64,000 nt of DNA from an uncultured delta proteobacterium (GCA_963787125.1 CAWBBV010000020.1:10393-74392); one strand, 5' to 3'; counted from the first letter of the stretch, positions 39,801 through 49,756 are shown. Notes: generated from the letters alone by a model not told the origin. Numbers and translations are program-made.

Positions 39801-42800
39801 GCTTCATAACCAGATAGTCGGGGTTGTTGGCGTTCAGGGTTACTCCGGCAATAAACGCTTCTCCCTGGTAGTTTACCGCTATGGCTACGGCTTCATCCTT
39901 TCTACCGCCGTCATATTCACTGGCCGAAAGGAAGGTCCCTTCAAAGTCGTAAATCAGCCCAAGGACGTCCGAGCTGGCATCAAATGCCGGGTCTGTATCC
40001 GGGCCGTTTCTGCTGTTGCCTGTAAGGTAGATATAGCCCGATGAGTCGATTGCCATGGCGGTCAGGTAGTCATATTTTGCCGGTCTGTCAAAGTTGCGCT
40101 CCCAGATGATGCTGCCGTCTGCAGGGCTGTATCTGATGAGATGGAAGTCGCTGTCGGTGAGGGTGCGGTATGAGGTGCCGGCTACGATTATGGCGCCGTC
40201 CATGGGGTCGATCCCTATGGCTATCCCTTTATCGTTGCCGTTTACCGGTGCAGCGGGACCGTTGTAGTTTTTTCTCCAGAGTTCACGGTTTGGGGAGCTG
40301 TCGGCGCCGTCGTAGTTGATTGTGATCCATTCTTCGTTGCCATCCAAGTTGACGGAGGAGCCGGTGATGTAGATGTCTCCGCTGGTGTCAATTGCCAGGG
40401 AGAGGCCATGATCATCGCCGTTGCCGGCGCCGGCGTAGGTTTGCGCCCAGATGAGTGCGCCGCTGGCACCGCTGTATTTGGCGGTGTAGATGTCGAAGTC
40501 GCCGGCGGCGTTTTCGGTGGAGCCGGTGATGAAGATGTCCCCTGTCTGGTCGATGGCTACGGCTGAGGGGTAGTCGTTGCCATGGGCGGGACCGTCATAG
40601 ACGATGGGGGGCCAGGCGGTGGTGCCGTCGGGACGGTATTTGATGATGAACATGTCTTCGTCGTTATTGGTGTTGATGCCGTGACCAATGACTATTATGT
40701 TGTTGGCGCTGTCTTTTGCTGCCTGGATGGCGGTGGCCTGGTCTATGCCAGCCTGGGTGCCGTACTGCGCCCCCCAGGCTGCAAGGGGGCTGGTGAGGGG
40801 GTCGGTGTGCCCGGCTGAGCTGTATTTGATTGTGTAGAGGTCGTCACTTTTTTCTGAGCCGCCGGAAAGGTAGGCGGTGCCAGCAACAACTGCGTCGCCG
40901 TTGTTGTCCAAAGTTATGCCGGCAGCCATGTCGGTGCCGCCGTCACCGCTGTCGTAGGGGGCTTTCCATTTTATTGCTTTGGTGTCTTTATCAAGTTTTA
41001 TGGTCATGTAGTCAAAGGAGTAAGCTCCTGTTACGCCTTCTTCTGTCAGGTCACTGAAGCCGGTAACTATGGGGTGGTTGTCACTGCCGACGACGATGCC
41101 GACAGCTTCGTCTTCTCTGTTGTCGGCGCCGTTGTACTGGTATATCCAGGCAGGTGGATCGTAGCTGACTATTTTTGTGAGGGCGTGGGCTTCGCTGCTG
41201 TAGTAGCTGTCGCCGTTGGTGGCGTTGTTGCTTCTGATCCGGTAGTAGTAGTAGCTGTTGGGGGTGAGGCTGCTGTCAGCGTAGGTTGTTACATTTGCGG
41301 CGACGGTGGCAATCTGGGTGTAGTCGCCACTTTCACCAAGCTTTCTTTCTATTTTGAAGGTTGTTTCGTTGGTGGAGTTATCCAGCCAGTTCAGGGTGGT
41401 GGTGCTGTTGGAGGTTGCTGTTACGCTGAGTCCGCTGGGGGGGTCGAGTCTGCCGTAGTCGTATCTGACTACTACGAAGTCGTAGGAGGTGGCGCTTGTG
41501 TCTGTCCAGCCGGCAATTACGGGGTCGCCGCTAAGACCAAGGGCTATGCCGACCGGTCTGGCACTTTTGTTGGTGGTGCTTTGGTAGTTTTTTTGCCAGA
41601 TGAGTTCACCGCTGCTTTTTTTGTATTTGAGGGTGGTGAAGTTTTCGTTGATGTTGGTGGCGGTGTAGCCGGTGACGTAGATGTCGCCCTCTGCTCCGGG
41701 GCTGCCGATGATGGCGGTTGCTATGTCGGTGTAGTCGCTGCCGGAGTCGTAGATTCTGTCCCAGATTTTGACGCCGTCGGTTGAGGCGTAGCGGACGGTG
41801 TAGAAGTCTTCGTTGCCTGAGTAGGTGTAGGTGTGGCCGGTAAGGTAGATTTCGTCGTTTGTGTCCAGCCAGAGGGCAAGAGGTTCGTCGTTGCCGCCGC
41901 CGGCGTATGCTTTTTCCCAGAGTGCGGTTCCTGGCGCGGCGGCTGCGTATTTGGCGGTGTAGATGTCGTTGTTCTGGCCGTTGTAGAGGTAACCGGAGAT
42001 TATTACGCTGCCGGTTGAGTCTATTTTGACGGTTCGACCACGGTCGTCGCCGCCGGTTGGGGAGGCTTTGCGCTGTTCCCAGATGAGGGTACCGTCAAAG
42101 CCGTGTTTGCGGGTGAGGATGTCGAAGTCGGTGCCCCCTTTTGAGGAGATGCCGGTTACGGCTATGCCGTCGAGGCCGGCGGCTATGGAGAGGATGCGGT
42201 CGTTACTGTTGTAGCTGGAGTTGTAGATATCCTGCCAGGCGGGGGTTGTGCCGGCCGCCGGGTATTTGAGGATGAGGTAGTCGTCGTTGCCGTTTGTGTT
42301 GGCGGTGTAGCCGGCGATGTAGATGTTGCCGCCGGTGTCAATTGCTATGGAGGTGGCGATATCGGCTCCGCCGGCGGCTCCGCTCCAGGTGTGCTGCCAG
42401 AGGACGCTGCCGTCGACGCCGCTGTATTTGATGGTGTGGATGTCTGTGTTTGAGCCGTTCCAGACGGTGCCGGTGACGATGACATTGTCGGCGCTGTCTA
42501 TTGCTACGGCGGTGGCCTGGTCGTCGCCACCGCTTTTGTCAAATGTGGACCGCCAGGCTATGCCGCTGCCGTCGGCTCTGAATTTTACGGTGTGGTAGTT
42601 GTTGTTCATGCCGCCCGCATTTGCGTAGCCGGTGACGATGATGTTGCCGCTACTGTCGGTGGCCATTGCTTTTGCTTCCTGTTTTAAGGCAAGGGCGTCT
42701 GTTACCGGAAAAGGGGCGATGAGGTCGCCGCCTTTGGCGTGGGCAGAGCCTGGCAAAACTATGCTCAGGCAGAGTAGCAAAAGAGCTGTGTTGGCTTTTG

Positions 42801-42837
42801 CCTTTTCAATTAAGCTATATATGAAGTTACGGCTCAT
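36814..42837 (-). CDS. Giant secreted protein, copy A: two 8-bladed beta-propellers (SBBP-like) plus about 11 FN3 domains
   Basis: GGAG RBS then MSRNF at 42837; signal peptide ending SAHA; 2x8 repeats D.ATAIAID..GNIYVTG...KY...W; FN3 repeats (L.W...Y..ER...Y.YR..A.N). Confidence 0.85.
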   Translation of the reverse strand: MSRNFIYSLIEKAKANTALLLLCLSIVLPGSAHAKGGDLIAPFPVTDALALKQEAKAMATDSSGNIIVTGYANAGGMNNNYHTVKFRADGSGIAWRSTFDKSGGDDQATAVAIDSADNVIVTGTVWNGSNTDIHTIKYSGVDGSVLWQHTWSGAAGGADIATSIAIDTGGNIYIAGYTANTNGNDDYLILKYPAAGTTPAWQDIYNSSYNSNDRILSIAAGLDGIAVTGISSKGGTDFDILTRKHGFDGTLIWEQRKASPTGGDDRGRTVKIDSTGSVIISGYLYNGQNNDIYTAKYAAAAPGTALWEKAYAGGGNDEPLALWLDTNDEIYLTGHTYTYSGNEDFYTVRYASTDGVKIWDRIYDSGSDYTDIATAIIGSPGAEGDIYVTGYTATNINENFTTLKYKKSSGELIWQKNYQSTTNKSARPVGIALGLSGDPVIAGWTDTSATSYDFVVVRYDYGRLDPPSGLSVTATSNSTTTLNWLDNSTNETTFKIERKLGESGDYTQIATVAANVTTYADSSLTPNSYYYYRIRSNNATNGDSYYSSEAHALTKIVSYDPPAWIYQYNGADNREDEAVGIVVGSDNHPIVTGFSDLTEEGVTGAYSFDYMTIKLDKDTKAIKWKAPYDSGDGGTDMAAGITLDNNGDAVVAGTAYLSGGSEKSDDLYTIKYSSAGHTDPLTSPLAAWGAQYGTQAGIDQATAIQAAKDSANNIIVIGHGINTNNDEDMFIIKYRPDGTTAWPPIVYDGPAHGNDYPSAVAIDQTGDIFITGSTENAAGDFDIYTAKYSGASGALIWAQTYAGAGNGDDHGLSLAIDTSGDIYITGSSVNLDGNEEWITINYDGADSSPNRELWRKNYNGPAAPVNGNDKGIAIGIDPMDGAIIVAGTSYRTLTDSDFHLIRYSPADGSIIWERNFDRPAKYDYLTAMAIDSSGYIYLTGNSRNGPDTDPAFDASSDVLGLIYDFEGTFLSASEYDGGRKDEAVAIAVNYQGEAFIAGVTLNANNPDYLVMKQKHDYILVPAPFLLSPQGDYGQINLHWQNNTPGTSFLVERTQGPVLPGSEWVTLATASPGTTNLSDTGLSAGTNYCYRIYAFSGSLNSRTVVRCANTTLAAPILNPLNVNSATRITLAWNQVPENTGYKVERKIGGGIWSEIALTSADITSYADAGLSPGTIYSYRVSSRNGSGYSSPSNEQAAPSLSTAPVMAAIGAVTINSVVLNWSNVEGETGYRLERREGLGGVWGEVTTTLSEVTTYTDAGLAANTQYYYRVTAYNVSGNSEYSAEKPVMTSFTSPTLLSATGSATDKIILSWTNVPGNTGYTILEAYCGYSNNPNDTLYCIPSNYSNPAIWSQSFTAGTTSADVVTYTVADRSSGYAYAYSVIANTTGNSSTPSNIISAWTYMTPPVLTVSPASETSLTVSWGNINAASNYTLERKLGVTGTYADLPGASGMPVDASSFTDAGLLQETQYCYRIKAYSVLENNPPPLVTSNEKCLFTPLPAPVLNDLAVVSSTQINLSWTNIPGNTGYEIKRCNAGYADYPEYVGYYGNNPANDYWFWSCNPPVSVPQDSVSFQDTTSLYPGYTYRYQIRDIFPGGTSAFSATKDTITKPTAPTLTAVPASTTQINLNWNNVEGENGYKLEWKARSGADCITGVWSEPILIGENTTSYQHGGLTVGTHYCFRLKAYNIYTESAYSNELFQTTSLDPPTLEPLTGVTGSQIVLTWNNVTGNTGYRIERKVTAVGGWGTVYTTASDAITYTDTVLSAGTVYFYRVSTNNAGGSSLPGNEQSTTTTPATAIINTTAISSARVDLSWQLVFGATNYKIERKEGAGNYSEITNIPLTYAENYCGNSFATIGCPSLSPVRTEYRNTGLTENTTYCYKLKTWNISGGDSVYSDEKCATSMNVPDQNLVATALNSFKIKLDWSPISCSPVACGTPEGYEVERLIRDGNWVNIATVGAIETTFTDRIGIDSLKQYNYRVRSFSGGSKSPYTSAVAYTPPYATGDNVGP

Positions 42838-42888
42838 TTTTTCTCTCCACGTCTTGTTTGCGTTTACCATGGCGTCACGTTATTCCAG
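39780..42888. repeat. Long direct repeat, copy A (near-identical to about 56283-59388)
   Basis: Line-by-line match at an offset of about 16.5 kb, with only scattered substitutions. Confidence 0.92.
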
Positions 42889-45800
42889 ATCTGGTTATCC
42901 GGCCAGGAGCTTGTACCGTTTTCAGTGGTTCCACCGTGACAGTTTGTAAAATTGTATTGTATCGGGGTAGCTAAGTAGCCGGAAGGGAACGTTCCGTAAC
43001 GCATGAATCTGAACCCGCCGGTAGTTTTCACATCTGGCCTGCCTCCTGCGGCAACACCGCCGCGATGTTTATATGCAAGACAGTCGGTCTGCATCAAGCG
43101 TGGCAGGCCTGAATTATGTGGTTGATGGCATTTGGAGCATGTATAAGCATGTTCCGCATTACTGCCCCAACCCTTGACCGATTCATGGATTCGATCAACA
43201 GACTTGAAAGGAGTATTTTTGTTGATACCGTCGGTCAAATTCAGCTTCGGATGACAGTTGAGACATAAAGTTGCAAATTGTTGATCTGTTTCATTTATCT
43301 TTGCCCCGTTAAAGGTTGTACGATCTGTTCGCCACCGGAGATTGGGCTGGGAGACCACATCCCTATTTCCGTTTCCGGTAATTTCGGGGCTGTCTTCCTT
43401 GTACGGCGATGTCAGCCAACTCCCTTTCAGGAGTGGTACGGCATACTGCTGATTATCACCGAGCGTTCTGGAAACTCCGTGTGGATCGTGGCAGGGGGTG
43501 CAGAGGCCATTAACCTGTGATGAGTAAGGCACTATCTGGTAGCCGTCACTGGCAGCAACAACCGCACTAAATGGATCAACCAGAGTAACTGTGTCGGCAG
43601 TATTCGAGGCTATCTTTCTCAGCTGGCCGACGTTTACTCCGCCGGTCATCAGGACATAAAGATTCTTCCACTTATCGGCTACCCAGCTTTTACTGCTGTC
43701 GGTAAGCGTATTACTGCTGCCGCCGCTGACACTGCCGCTCTCTTTAGCCAGATGAGGTAGTGCGCCGGCAGGCTCAGAGGCTTTCAGGTGGCCGCCGACT
43801 ATGGTCTTCATGATGTCCCGCTCGCTGTAGCGAGCGGTGGAGGCTTTGGTCCCCTGGCCGAATCTGGTTGTATCCTTGTAACCCATTATCGGTGCAGTTG
43901 CGCCAAATGTGGAGGTGTAACCCCACGGAGTCTTACCGTTAGGGGTGGTAGTGCCACTTGTCGCACTGTTATGACAGTCAAAGCATTGGCCGGCGCCAGC
44001 ACCGTAAGGGTTAACGCCGGACGTGTTGGCTGATGCCTTGTAATCAAAGGTGTAACCACCGATATTCTGTTTGGTCTCCTTAAGATTGCCACCGTTATTT
44101 GTGCCGTTAAAAGTGGTGTAGCTGGTTGTTGTACCGACTACCTTGGAACCGTGGGAATTATGACAGTCAAAGCACTGGACATTCTGTGTCCCGGCAGCCC
44201 CTCTTGACAGAGTTATGGCACCGTCATAACCGGTCGTGCTGCTCCAGCCACCCTGATTTGAAACCGCGTTGCCATGGGCTGAGAAGGCTTTTGAAATGGT
44301 ATCCTTTTTATTGGCATTTGCGTATGTCGTAGAATTGTATTTACCCCATGCTGTTGTGGCGCCAGGCTGAGCGTAGCGCGAACCGACACTCTGGTAATCC
44401 CACGCATACTGACGTGGCGTCCTGAAATCATCGAACGGCTTACTGTAATTATTCTGGTCGCTGTGACAGGAAAGGCAGTGGTTGGATATTTTCCCGACCT
44501 CGGTCCGCTCGCCTGCTGTGCCAATATTCGCGGCCATGAAGCTGGTGACCGTCGCTCTGCCGGTAACTGTTGAGTACTGCCTGTATTCAGTCGGCCGCTG
44601 TCCGGGACTCCAGACTACCAGATCAACATAGTCATTCTTCACCGATGAGTAGGTCTTGTAATTGTAACCGGTGTGATACCTGACATCGATGAGTCCTTCC
44701 GAAGTTGCTTCCCAGTGACAGGCATAGCAGTGCTTGTTAGTTACATCCACCCCCTGAACATGGTGAGAGTTTGACCTCATCTGCCCCATCACGTCCATCC
44801 GCTTGCCAACTGTGCCGGAGTGACATTTGGTGCAGTCACGGGGCAGACCGAAAGCGGTATGCTTTGGTATCGGCTTATTGCTGGTGTGGCAACTGTTACA
44901 GGCCTGCTTGTTGGCATGGCTGTCGGCAAAGCGGTGCTCATGGCAGGTGGTGCAGACGCGGGTGTAGTTGTGGCCGTCGCCGGAGCTGCTTGTATAGTGT
45001 TTGCTGTCAGGCGAGTGACAGACATTGCAGATGCCGTCAAACGGGGCAGTTTTACGGGCGTAGCTGGTGCCTGAGACCTTATCCGTAAAAGTTACATCTG
45101 CCCGGGTTTTAGGTATGCCGAACTTGCCGTCTGTAGTTGTGGCGACCTTCTTCTGAATCATATAGATATTGCTGTCGCCATGGGGGTCATGGCAGTCCCA
45201 GCAGAACTTGCCCCCTTTCCAGGTGCCCATGACCTTGCCGTTGCCATCTTTTGTCCAGCCACCGGATGTTGTAAAAGCGCGATAATGTTTGTAACCGAAA
45301 TGGGCCGAGGTTGCTCTGGCTTTTTTCGGTTTGATAAAGCCGGTGCCCGGATTAAAGCCGAGGGAGTATTTAAGCGGATTGTCAGATGGAGCGGTATGGC
45401 ACTCGGTGCACTGGCCGCCGCTATCATCATCGTGACACTGCAGGCAGACCCCCATCATCATATACTGGTTCTTGACATCTGCTTTTTGCTCGACGGTCCA
45501 GACACCCGAGTTGGTGTTATGCCCCTTGTGGGCTCCGCTTAAAAAAGCGCCACTGTCAGAATCATGGCAGCTCCCGGCGGTCAGACAACCGCTGGTTGCG
45601 GTATGGGCCGTATATCTGGTTTCAGTAGAGCCATTTTGCAGTTTGAAAATGATCCCGCTGCCCGTCGCCTGGGGAGCAAGTGATTCAGTCTGGTCAACAT
45701 GACAGGCAATACACTCCTCTGCGGTTCGCTCCATGTGACAGTAAACGCACTCTTTTTCAAAGCGTCTCTCATATTGATGGTGCATCTGGAGTCGATACGG

Positions 45801-47693
45801 GTTAGCAGCATTATTATGTAGCACACTGTTGTCATGGCAGTACCAGCAAGGGTTGCCAGGAAAATTGGCGGCAGGATTACCGGATGCAGGATAGCGTCCG
45901 GCGGTGGAGAATCTGCCATGACCGGTTGTCTCCCACTCATACTGGTTTATTTTTGCCCGTTGGCCGTTGAATGCGGCGAAATCGTCTACATCAGGCCCGG
46001 TTGTTCTATGGCAGCCAAGGCAGGTAATGGCACTGTTGACTGAGCCACCCCAGACAGGGTCAGTGCCGGAAATATGGCAGCCGACCCCGGTGCCTGAACA
46101 TGTTTTAGTGGTGCTGTTGTAGGTTGCTGCCGGGTTAAAAAAGGCGACATCTTTACGCTTATTGACATGATTAGCGCCGTTAAGATGTGACACCTCACTC
46201 ATGCTGCCTGACGGAATACCTGCGGCGTGACAGGTGGTGCAGGCTCCATTGACAACGGTCTCCGCATGACAGATATCACAGGTAAAATTGGTCTGGGCAT
46301 GCCTTGCGTGGGAGTTGGCTCTTGGCGTACCCGGCCCCATATTGGGGAACATCGGCATGGCTCCCATCCATTCGCTTCCGGAAGACCAGCCGGTTTTTAC
46401 GGCCCAGAGCTTGCCGGTGATTGAATCCACTCGGCCATCGTGACAGTTTGTAGATGAACAGCTGCCGATCGGGTGGCCATGACAGGTGTTACAAGCGGTT
46501 TTCGGTTCTGTCCAGGCAAAGGGGCGAACTACGTCCGGGTCGGTTGTACCGTCACTATGGCAATAAACATTGTTACAAATCTTGCCGACAGGATCATATG
46601 AGGCTGCCGGGCGATTGTTCAGATTCCAGTCCGGGTGCATAACTATGTTTTTCTCGCCATTGACATGCTTTGTCTTGTCGAGAATTGTTCCTGCTGCATC
46701 TGTGGTTGCATAGTGACAGTAGTTACACGGGTACTTCCTGATCCACTGGGGTCCGACCAGGCGGTGATGCCCGTTCGATGTCATGGTAAGGTCCGGAGTG
46801 CAATAGCCGCGAGCAGCGCTCCAGACGCCGAATCCGCCACAGTTACCAAGAGAGCTGTCTGTTGTTCGCCCTCTGTGGCAGGTAAAACAATCAGTGGTTT
46901 TACTGTCCGACCAGGTTAACGTTTTAACCGGTGAGCCACCTCGACCGTCACTGTGGCAGTAAGTGTCGGTGCAACTGCCATTTCTGGCAGGATTAAGGCG
47001 TGGCAGATAGTCAGGATAGTTTGTAGTGCCACCTGAATAGGTTCCGCCATTATTAGGCGTAGTCGTAAACTGAATTTTCAGCCCTCTTTTCCCTGCTCCT
47101 GATGCATGGGAAAAAATATTAGCTTCAGCAAGGTGATTCATGTGACATTTTGCACAGGAATCAGTAGCTGTCCCGAAATAATCACCGTGCTTTTTTCCAT
47201 GACTTCCGTCAGATGGCGGAGCTGTGTGACAGGACGAACAGTTTAAGATCGTTGGGGAATCACCCCAGGTCAAGGTCTCTTTCTCAAAGTGGCAGTTAAC
47301 ATTCGTACACCCTCCAAGTAGCGGAGTTGCAGTCTGTGGCCAGGCTGAAGTGCTGTTTCGATATGTTGTCTTTAACTGAGAATGGTTGACATTGGCTGAA
47401 ACCTTTATCATGCCGTTGCGGTGCGCAGAGCTGTAATTGCGGCTCCCTTGATGGCACTTTTCGCAATTCCCCGGGGTAGCACCCACTGACACATGGGTTC
47501 TATGGCTACCGATAAATCCACCGCTGCTGACATTTCTATAAGCAGCATCTACGGGACGGATGTCCATGGAACTTCTTGTTCCGTGGCAATCGTAACATTT
47601 AAGAGCGGCTATGGAAATTGTCGGGGTAACGAATATAACGAGGAATAAAGCAAAAGCAGACTTCTTGCTCAGCATTAGTTTCAGGAATTTCAT
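42864..47693 (-). CDS. Giant multiheme cytochrome c, copy A (Geobacter CxxxxCH/CxxCH family)
   Basis: Signal peptide; counted 27 CxxCH plus 6 extended motifs (4 CX4CH, CLTAGSCH, CSGTGVGCH). Confidence 0.93.
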   Translation of the reverse strand: MKFLKLMLSKKSAFALFLVIFVTPTISIAALKCYDCHGTRSSMDIRPVDAAYRNVSSGGFIGSHRTHVSVGATPGNCEKCHQGSRNYSSAHRNGMIKVSANVNHSQLKTTYRNSTSAWPQTATPLLGGCTNVNCHFEKETLTWGDSPTILNCSSCHTAPPSDGSHGKKHGDYFGTATDSCAKCHMNHLAEANIFSHASGAGKRGLKIQFTTTPNNGGTYSGGTTNYPDYLPRLNPARNGSCTDTYCHSDGRGGSPVKTLTWSDSKTTDCFTCHRGRTTDSSLGNCGGFGVWSAARGYCTPDLTMTSNGHHRLVGPQWIRKYPCNYCHYATTDAAGTILDKTKHVNGEKNIVMHPDWNLNNRPAASYDPVGKICNNVYCHSDGTTDPDVVRPFAWTEPKTACNTCHGHPIGSCSSTNCHDGRVDSITGKLWAVKTGWSSGSEWMGAMPMFPNMGPGTPRANSHARHAQTNFTCDICHAETVVNGACTTCHAAGIPSGSMSEVSHLNGANHVNKRKDVAFFNPAATYNSTTKTCSGTGVGCHISGTDPVWGGSVNSAITCLGCHRTTGPDVDDFAAFNGQRAKINQYEWETTGHGRFSTAGRYPASGNPAANFPGNPCWYCHDNSVLHNNAANPYRLQMHHQYERRFEKECVYCHMERTAEECIACHVDQTESLAPQATGSGIIFKLQNGSTETRYTAHTATSGCLTAGSCHDSDSGAFLSGAHKGHNTNSGVWTVEQKADVKNQYMMMGVCLQCHDDDSGGQCTECHTAPSDNPLKYSLGFNPGTGFIKPKKARATSAHFGYKHYRAFTTSGGWTKDGNGKVMGTWKGGKFCWDCHDPHGDSNIYMIQKKVATTTDGKFGIPKTRADVTFTDKVSGTSYARKTAPFDGICNVCHSPDSKHYTSSSGDGHNYTRVCTTCHEHRFADSHANKQACNSCHTSNKPIPKHTAFGLPRDCTKCHSGTVGKRMDVMGQMRSNSHHVQGVDVTNKHCYACHWEATSEGLIDVRYHTGYNYKTYSSVKNDYVDLVVWSPGQRPTEYRQYSTVTGRATVTSFMAANIGTAGERTEVGKISNHCLSCHSDQNNYSKPFDDFRTPRQYAWDYQSVGSRYAQPGATTAWGKYNSTTYANANKKDTISKAFSAHGNAVSNQGGWSSTTGYDGAITLSRGAAGTQNVQCFDCHNSHGSKVVGTTTSYTTFNGTNNGGNLKETKQNIGGYTFDYKASANTSGVNPYGAGAGQCFDCHNSATSGTTTPNGKTPWGYTSTFGATAPIMGYKDTTRFGQGTKASTARYSERDIMKTIVGGHLKASEPAGALPHLAKESGSVSGGSSNTLTDSSKSWVADKWKNLYVLMTGGVNVGQLRKIASNTADTVTLVDPFSAVVAASDGYQIVPYSSQVNGLCTPCHDPHGVSRTLGDNQQYAVPLLKGSWLTSPYKEDSPEITGNGNRDVVSQPNLRWRTDRTTFNGAKINETDQQFATLCLNCHPKLNLTDGINKNTPFKSVDRIHESVKGWGSNAEHAYTCSKCHQPHNSGLPRLMQTDCLAYKHRGGVAAGGRPDVKTTGGFRFMRYGTFPSGYLATPIQYNFTNCHGGTTENGTSSWPDNQIWNNVTPW

Positions 47694-47925
47694 CTTTAAC
47701 CTTCCAGTTTACGTTATTCAATTTTAGAACATGTCAATTACAAGCCACTAATACCATATGACCAAATTTGCATAATGCAATAAGTAAGCCTTAATATTTT
47801 AATTAGCGGGCTGATCATTACTGCCAATATATATTCGCTCGCATATCAGTTTCCGTTATGGATTTGCACTTGCAGTAACTGCGATAAGATTCTAATATCC
47901 GGAAAAATCAGAAGCGGGGTAGACA

Positions 47926-48156
47926 ATGAAGCAGGCAAGTAGCATCAAACTCGGAATAGCAGCACTTGTTGTTTATATCTTCGGAGGGCTTGGTATTTTT
48001 GGAGGTATCTGGCTGATTGTTTTCAGGAGAGGGGTTGATATACTGGGATTGGGACATGGCCACACAATAGGCTATCTGTTGCTTTGTGTCGGTGCAGCCT
48101 TGTCAATACTTGGCGTCATACTTATGAGAATATTCAGAAACCGCGGTCTTGCATGA
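47926..48156 (+). CDS. Small two-TM membrane protein
   Basis: 76 aa, two hydrophobic segments, GGGG RBS-like site, hairpin downstream. Confidence 0.65.
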   Translation: MKQASSIKLGIAALVVYIFGGLGIFGGIWLIVFRRGVDILGLGHGHTIGYLLLCVGAALSILGVILMRIFRNRGLA

Positions 48157-48176
48157 AAGAGTGAGGATAAAAATAA

Positions 48177-48200
48177 AGGCGCTCACAAAAAGGAGCGCCT
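48177..48200. terminator. Hairpin between convergent genes
   Basis: AGGCGCTC-acaaaaag-GAGCGCCT; U-rich tail on the argC strand. Confidence 0.6.
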
Positions 48201-48210
48201 GATAGCTTTC

Positions 48211-49251
48211 TTATGGATAGACAGGCATCAAATCCAACCCCATCGTCTCCGGGAAATCACAAACAATATTCATATTCTGTACCGCCTGCCCTGAGGCGCC
48301 CTTAACCAGATTATCTATTGCCGAAACAATAATTATCCGGCCGGTACGCTTATCGACAGTTATGCCGATATCACAAAAATTGCTCCCGCGGACAAATGCG
48401 GTTGAGGGGAATTCACCCTGCGGCAGAACCCTCACAAAAGCCTCTCCATCATAATGCTCTTCATAAAGTGCATGAATATCCGCTATTGTGATGGAGTTGA
48501 CTGGCACAGCATAAATAGTCGACAAAATCCCTCTATCCATAGGAACAAGATGAGGTGTAAACGAGATAACCGTCTTTTTGCCGGCAAGCAGTGATATCTC
48601 CTGCTCAATTTCAGGGATGTGCCGGTGAACACCGCCGACCCCGTAAGCCTTGAACCCTTCATTCACCTCACAATAGAGGCTCTCGACCTTTGCCCCCCTG
48701 CCAGCACCTGAGACACCTGACTTTGAATCAGCAATTATCGACGCTGTATCTATCAACCCCTCTTTCAAAAGCGGCATGAGACCAAGGATAATGCTGGTCG
48801 GGTAACAGCCAGGATTTGCAACCAGACGGGCGGCAGCAATCTCCTCTCTACGCACTTCAGGCAGGCCATACACTGCTTCACCGAGCAGTTCAGGATTTAG
48901 ATGAGGCTCGTACCAGGCAGCATACTCATTTTGATCATGGAGCCGGTAATCAGCGGAGAGATCAATAACAACTTTCCCTGCGGCAAGAAAAGTCGGCACA
49001 ACCGTCATAGCAGCCTTATGTGGTAAGGCTGTGAATATAACATCAGCCTTTGCAGCCAATCTTTCCGGATCAAGCGCTTCCAACACAGTGTCGTAGCGGT
49101 TTCTCAGTGAGGGGAAGACATCTGACAACCGCTTCCCGGCGCTCTGTTCTGAAGTGACCGAGGTAACTGCAACCTCCGGATGATTATGGAGAATCCGGAT
49201 CAGTTCGACGCCGGTATAACCACTGGCTCCGACAACAGCAACTTTCAACAT
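48211..49251 (-). CDS. argC: N-acetyl-gamma-glutamyl-phosphate reductase
   Basis: [45 protein letters not shown]. Confidence 0.96.
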   Translation of the reverse strand: MLKVAVVGASGYTGVELIRILHNHPEVAVTSVTSEQSAGKRLSDVFPSLRNRYDTVLEALDPERLAAKADVIFTALPHKAAMTVVPTFLAAGKVVIDLSADYRLHDQNEYAAWYEPHLNPELLGEAVYGLPEVRREEIAAARLVANPGCYPTSIILGLMPLLKEGLIDTASIIADSKSGVSGAGRGAKVESLYCEVNEGFKAYGVGGVHRHIPEIEQEISLLAGKKTVISFTPHLVPMDRGILSTIYAVPVNSITIADIHALYEEHYDGEAFVRVLPQGEFPSTAFVRGSNFCDIGITVDKRTGRIIIVSAIDNLVKGASGQAVQNMNIVCDFPETMGLDLMPVYP

Positions 49252-49306
49252 ATATTCTCCTTAGAGCCTGCCATAACCGTTCAGCTTAAACAATCCACCT
49301 ACTAAA

Positions 49307-49343
49307 ACGAAAAAGGGACACCGCATGCGGAATCCCTTTTCGT
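49307..49343 (-). terminator. Intrinsic terminator after rpsI
   Basis: Minus strand ACGAAAAGGGA...TCCCTTTTTCGTTTT. Confidence 0.7.
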
Positions 49344-49363
49344 AACGAAACATTGCTGTTCGA

Positions 49364-49756
49364 TTAGCGTTTGGAGAACTGGAAGCTCGCTCTTGCAGCT
49401 TTTTTGCCATATTTCTTTCGCTCTTTAACTCGTGAGTCACGGGTTATAAAGCCAGCAGCTTTGAGCGGTGCACGATACGTAGCATCCACTTCAAGAAGAG
49501 CCTTGGTGATTCCGTGCTTGATCGCACCGGCCTGACCTGAGTCGCCACCACCCTTGACAGTTACATAGATGTCGAATTTACCAACATTCTCGGTAAGCTC
49601 AAGCGGCTGACGAATGACCATTTTCGAGGTTTCACGCCCGAAATAAGCATCAATGGTCTTGCTGTTAACAGTGATAACGCCTGTACCGGCTGTAAGCCAG
49701 ACACGTGCTATTGAAGATTTTCTTTTGCCGGTACCGTAATATTTGGTTGCTGCCAT
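49364..49756 (-). CDS. rpsI: 30S ribosomal protein S9
   Basis: [35 protein letters not shown]. Confidence 0.98.
   Translation of the reverse strand: MAATKYYGTGKRKSSIARVWLTAGTGVITVNSKTIDAYFGRETSKMVIRQPLELTENVGKFDIYVTVKGGGDSGQAGAIKHGITKALLEVDATYRAPLKAAGFITRDSRVKERKKYGKKAARASFQFSKR

Noticed and set aside
41074..41784. Val/Gly-rich 236-aa plus-strand ORF and its twin at 57578-58288
   Set aside because: Antisense shadow of the A/C-biased propeller codons; duplicated only because the host gene is.
42838..42870. Overlap of cytochrome and FN3 genes via the MVNANK start (also 59339-59371)
   Set aside because: The GGAG RBS and signal-peptide length favour the downstream MSRNF start.
47694..47925. 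GEMM-I cyclic-dinucleotide riboswitch upstream of the cytochrome (also checked about 33480-33560)
   Set aside because: No GGCAAAC...GAAA...GACGCAAA architecture visible; an Rfam scan would settle it.
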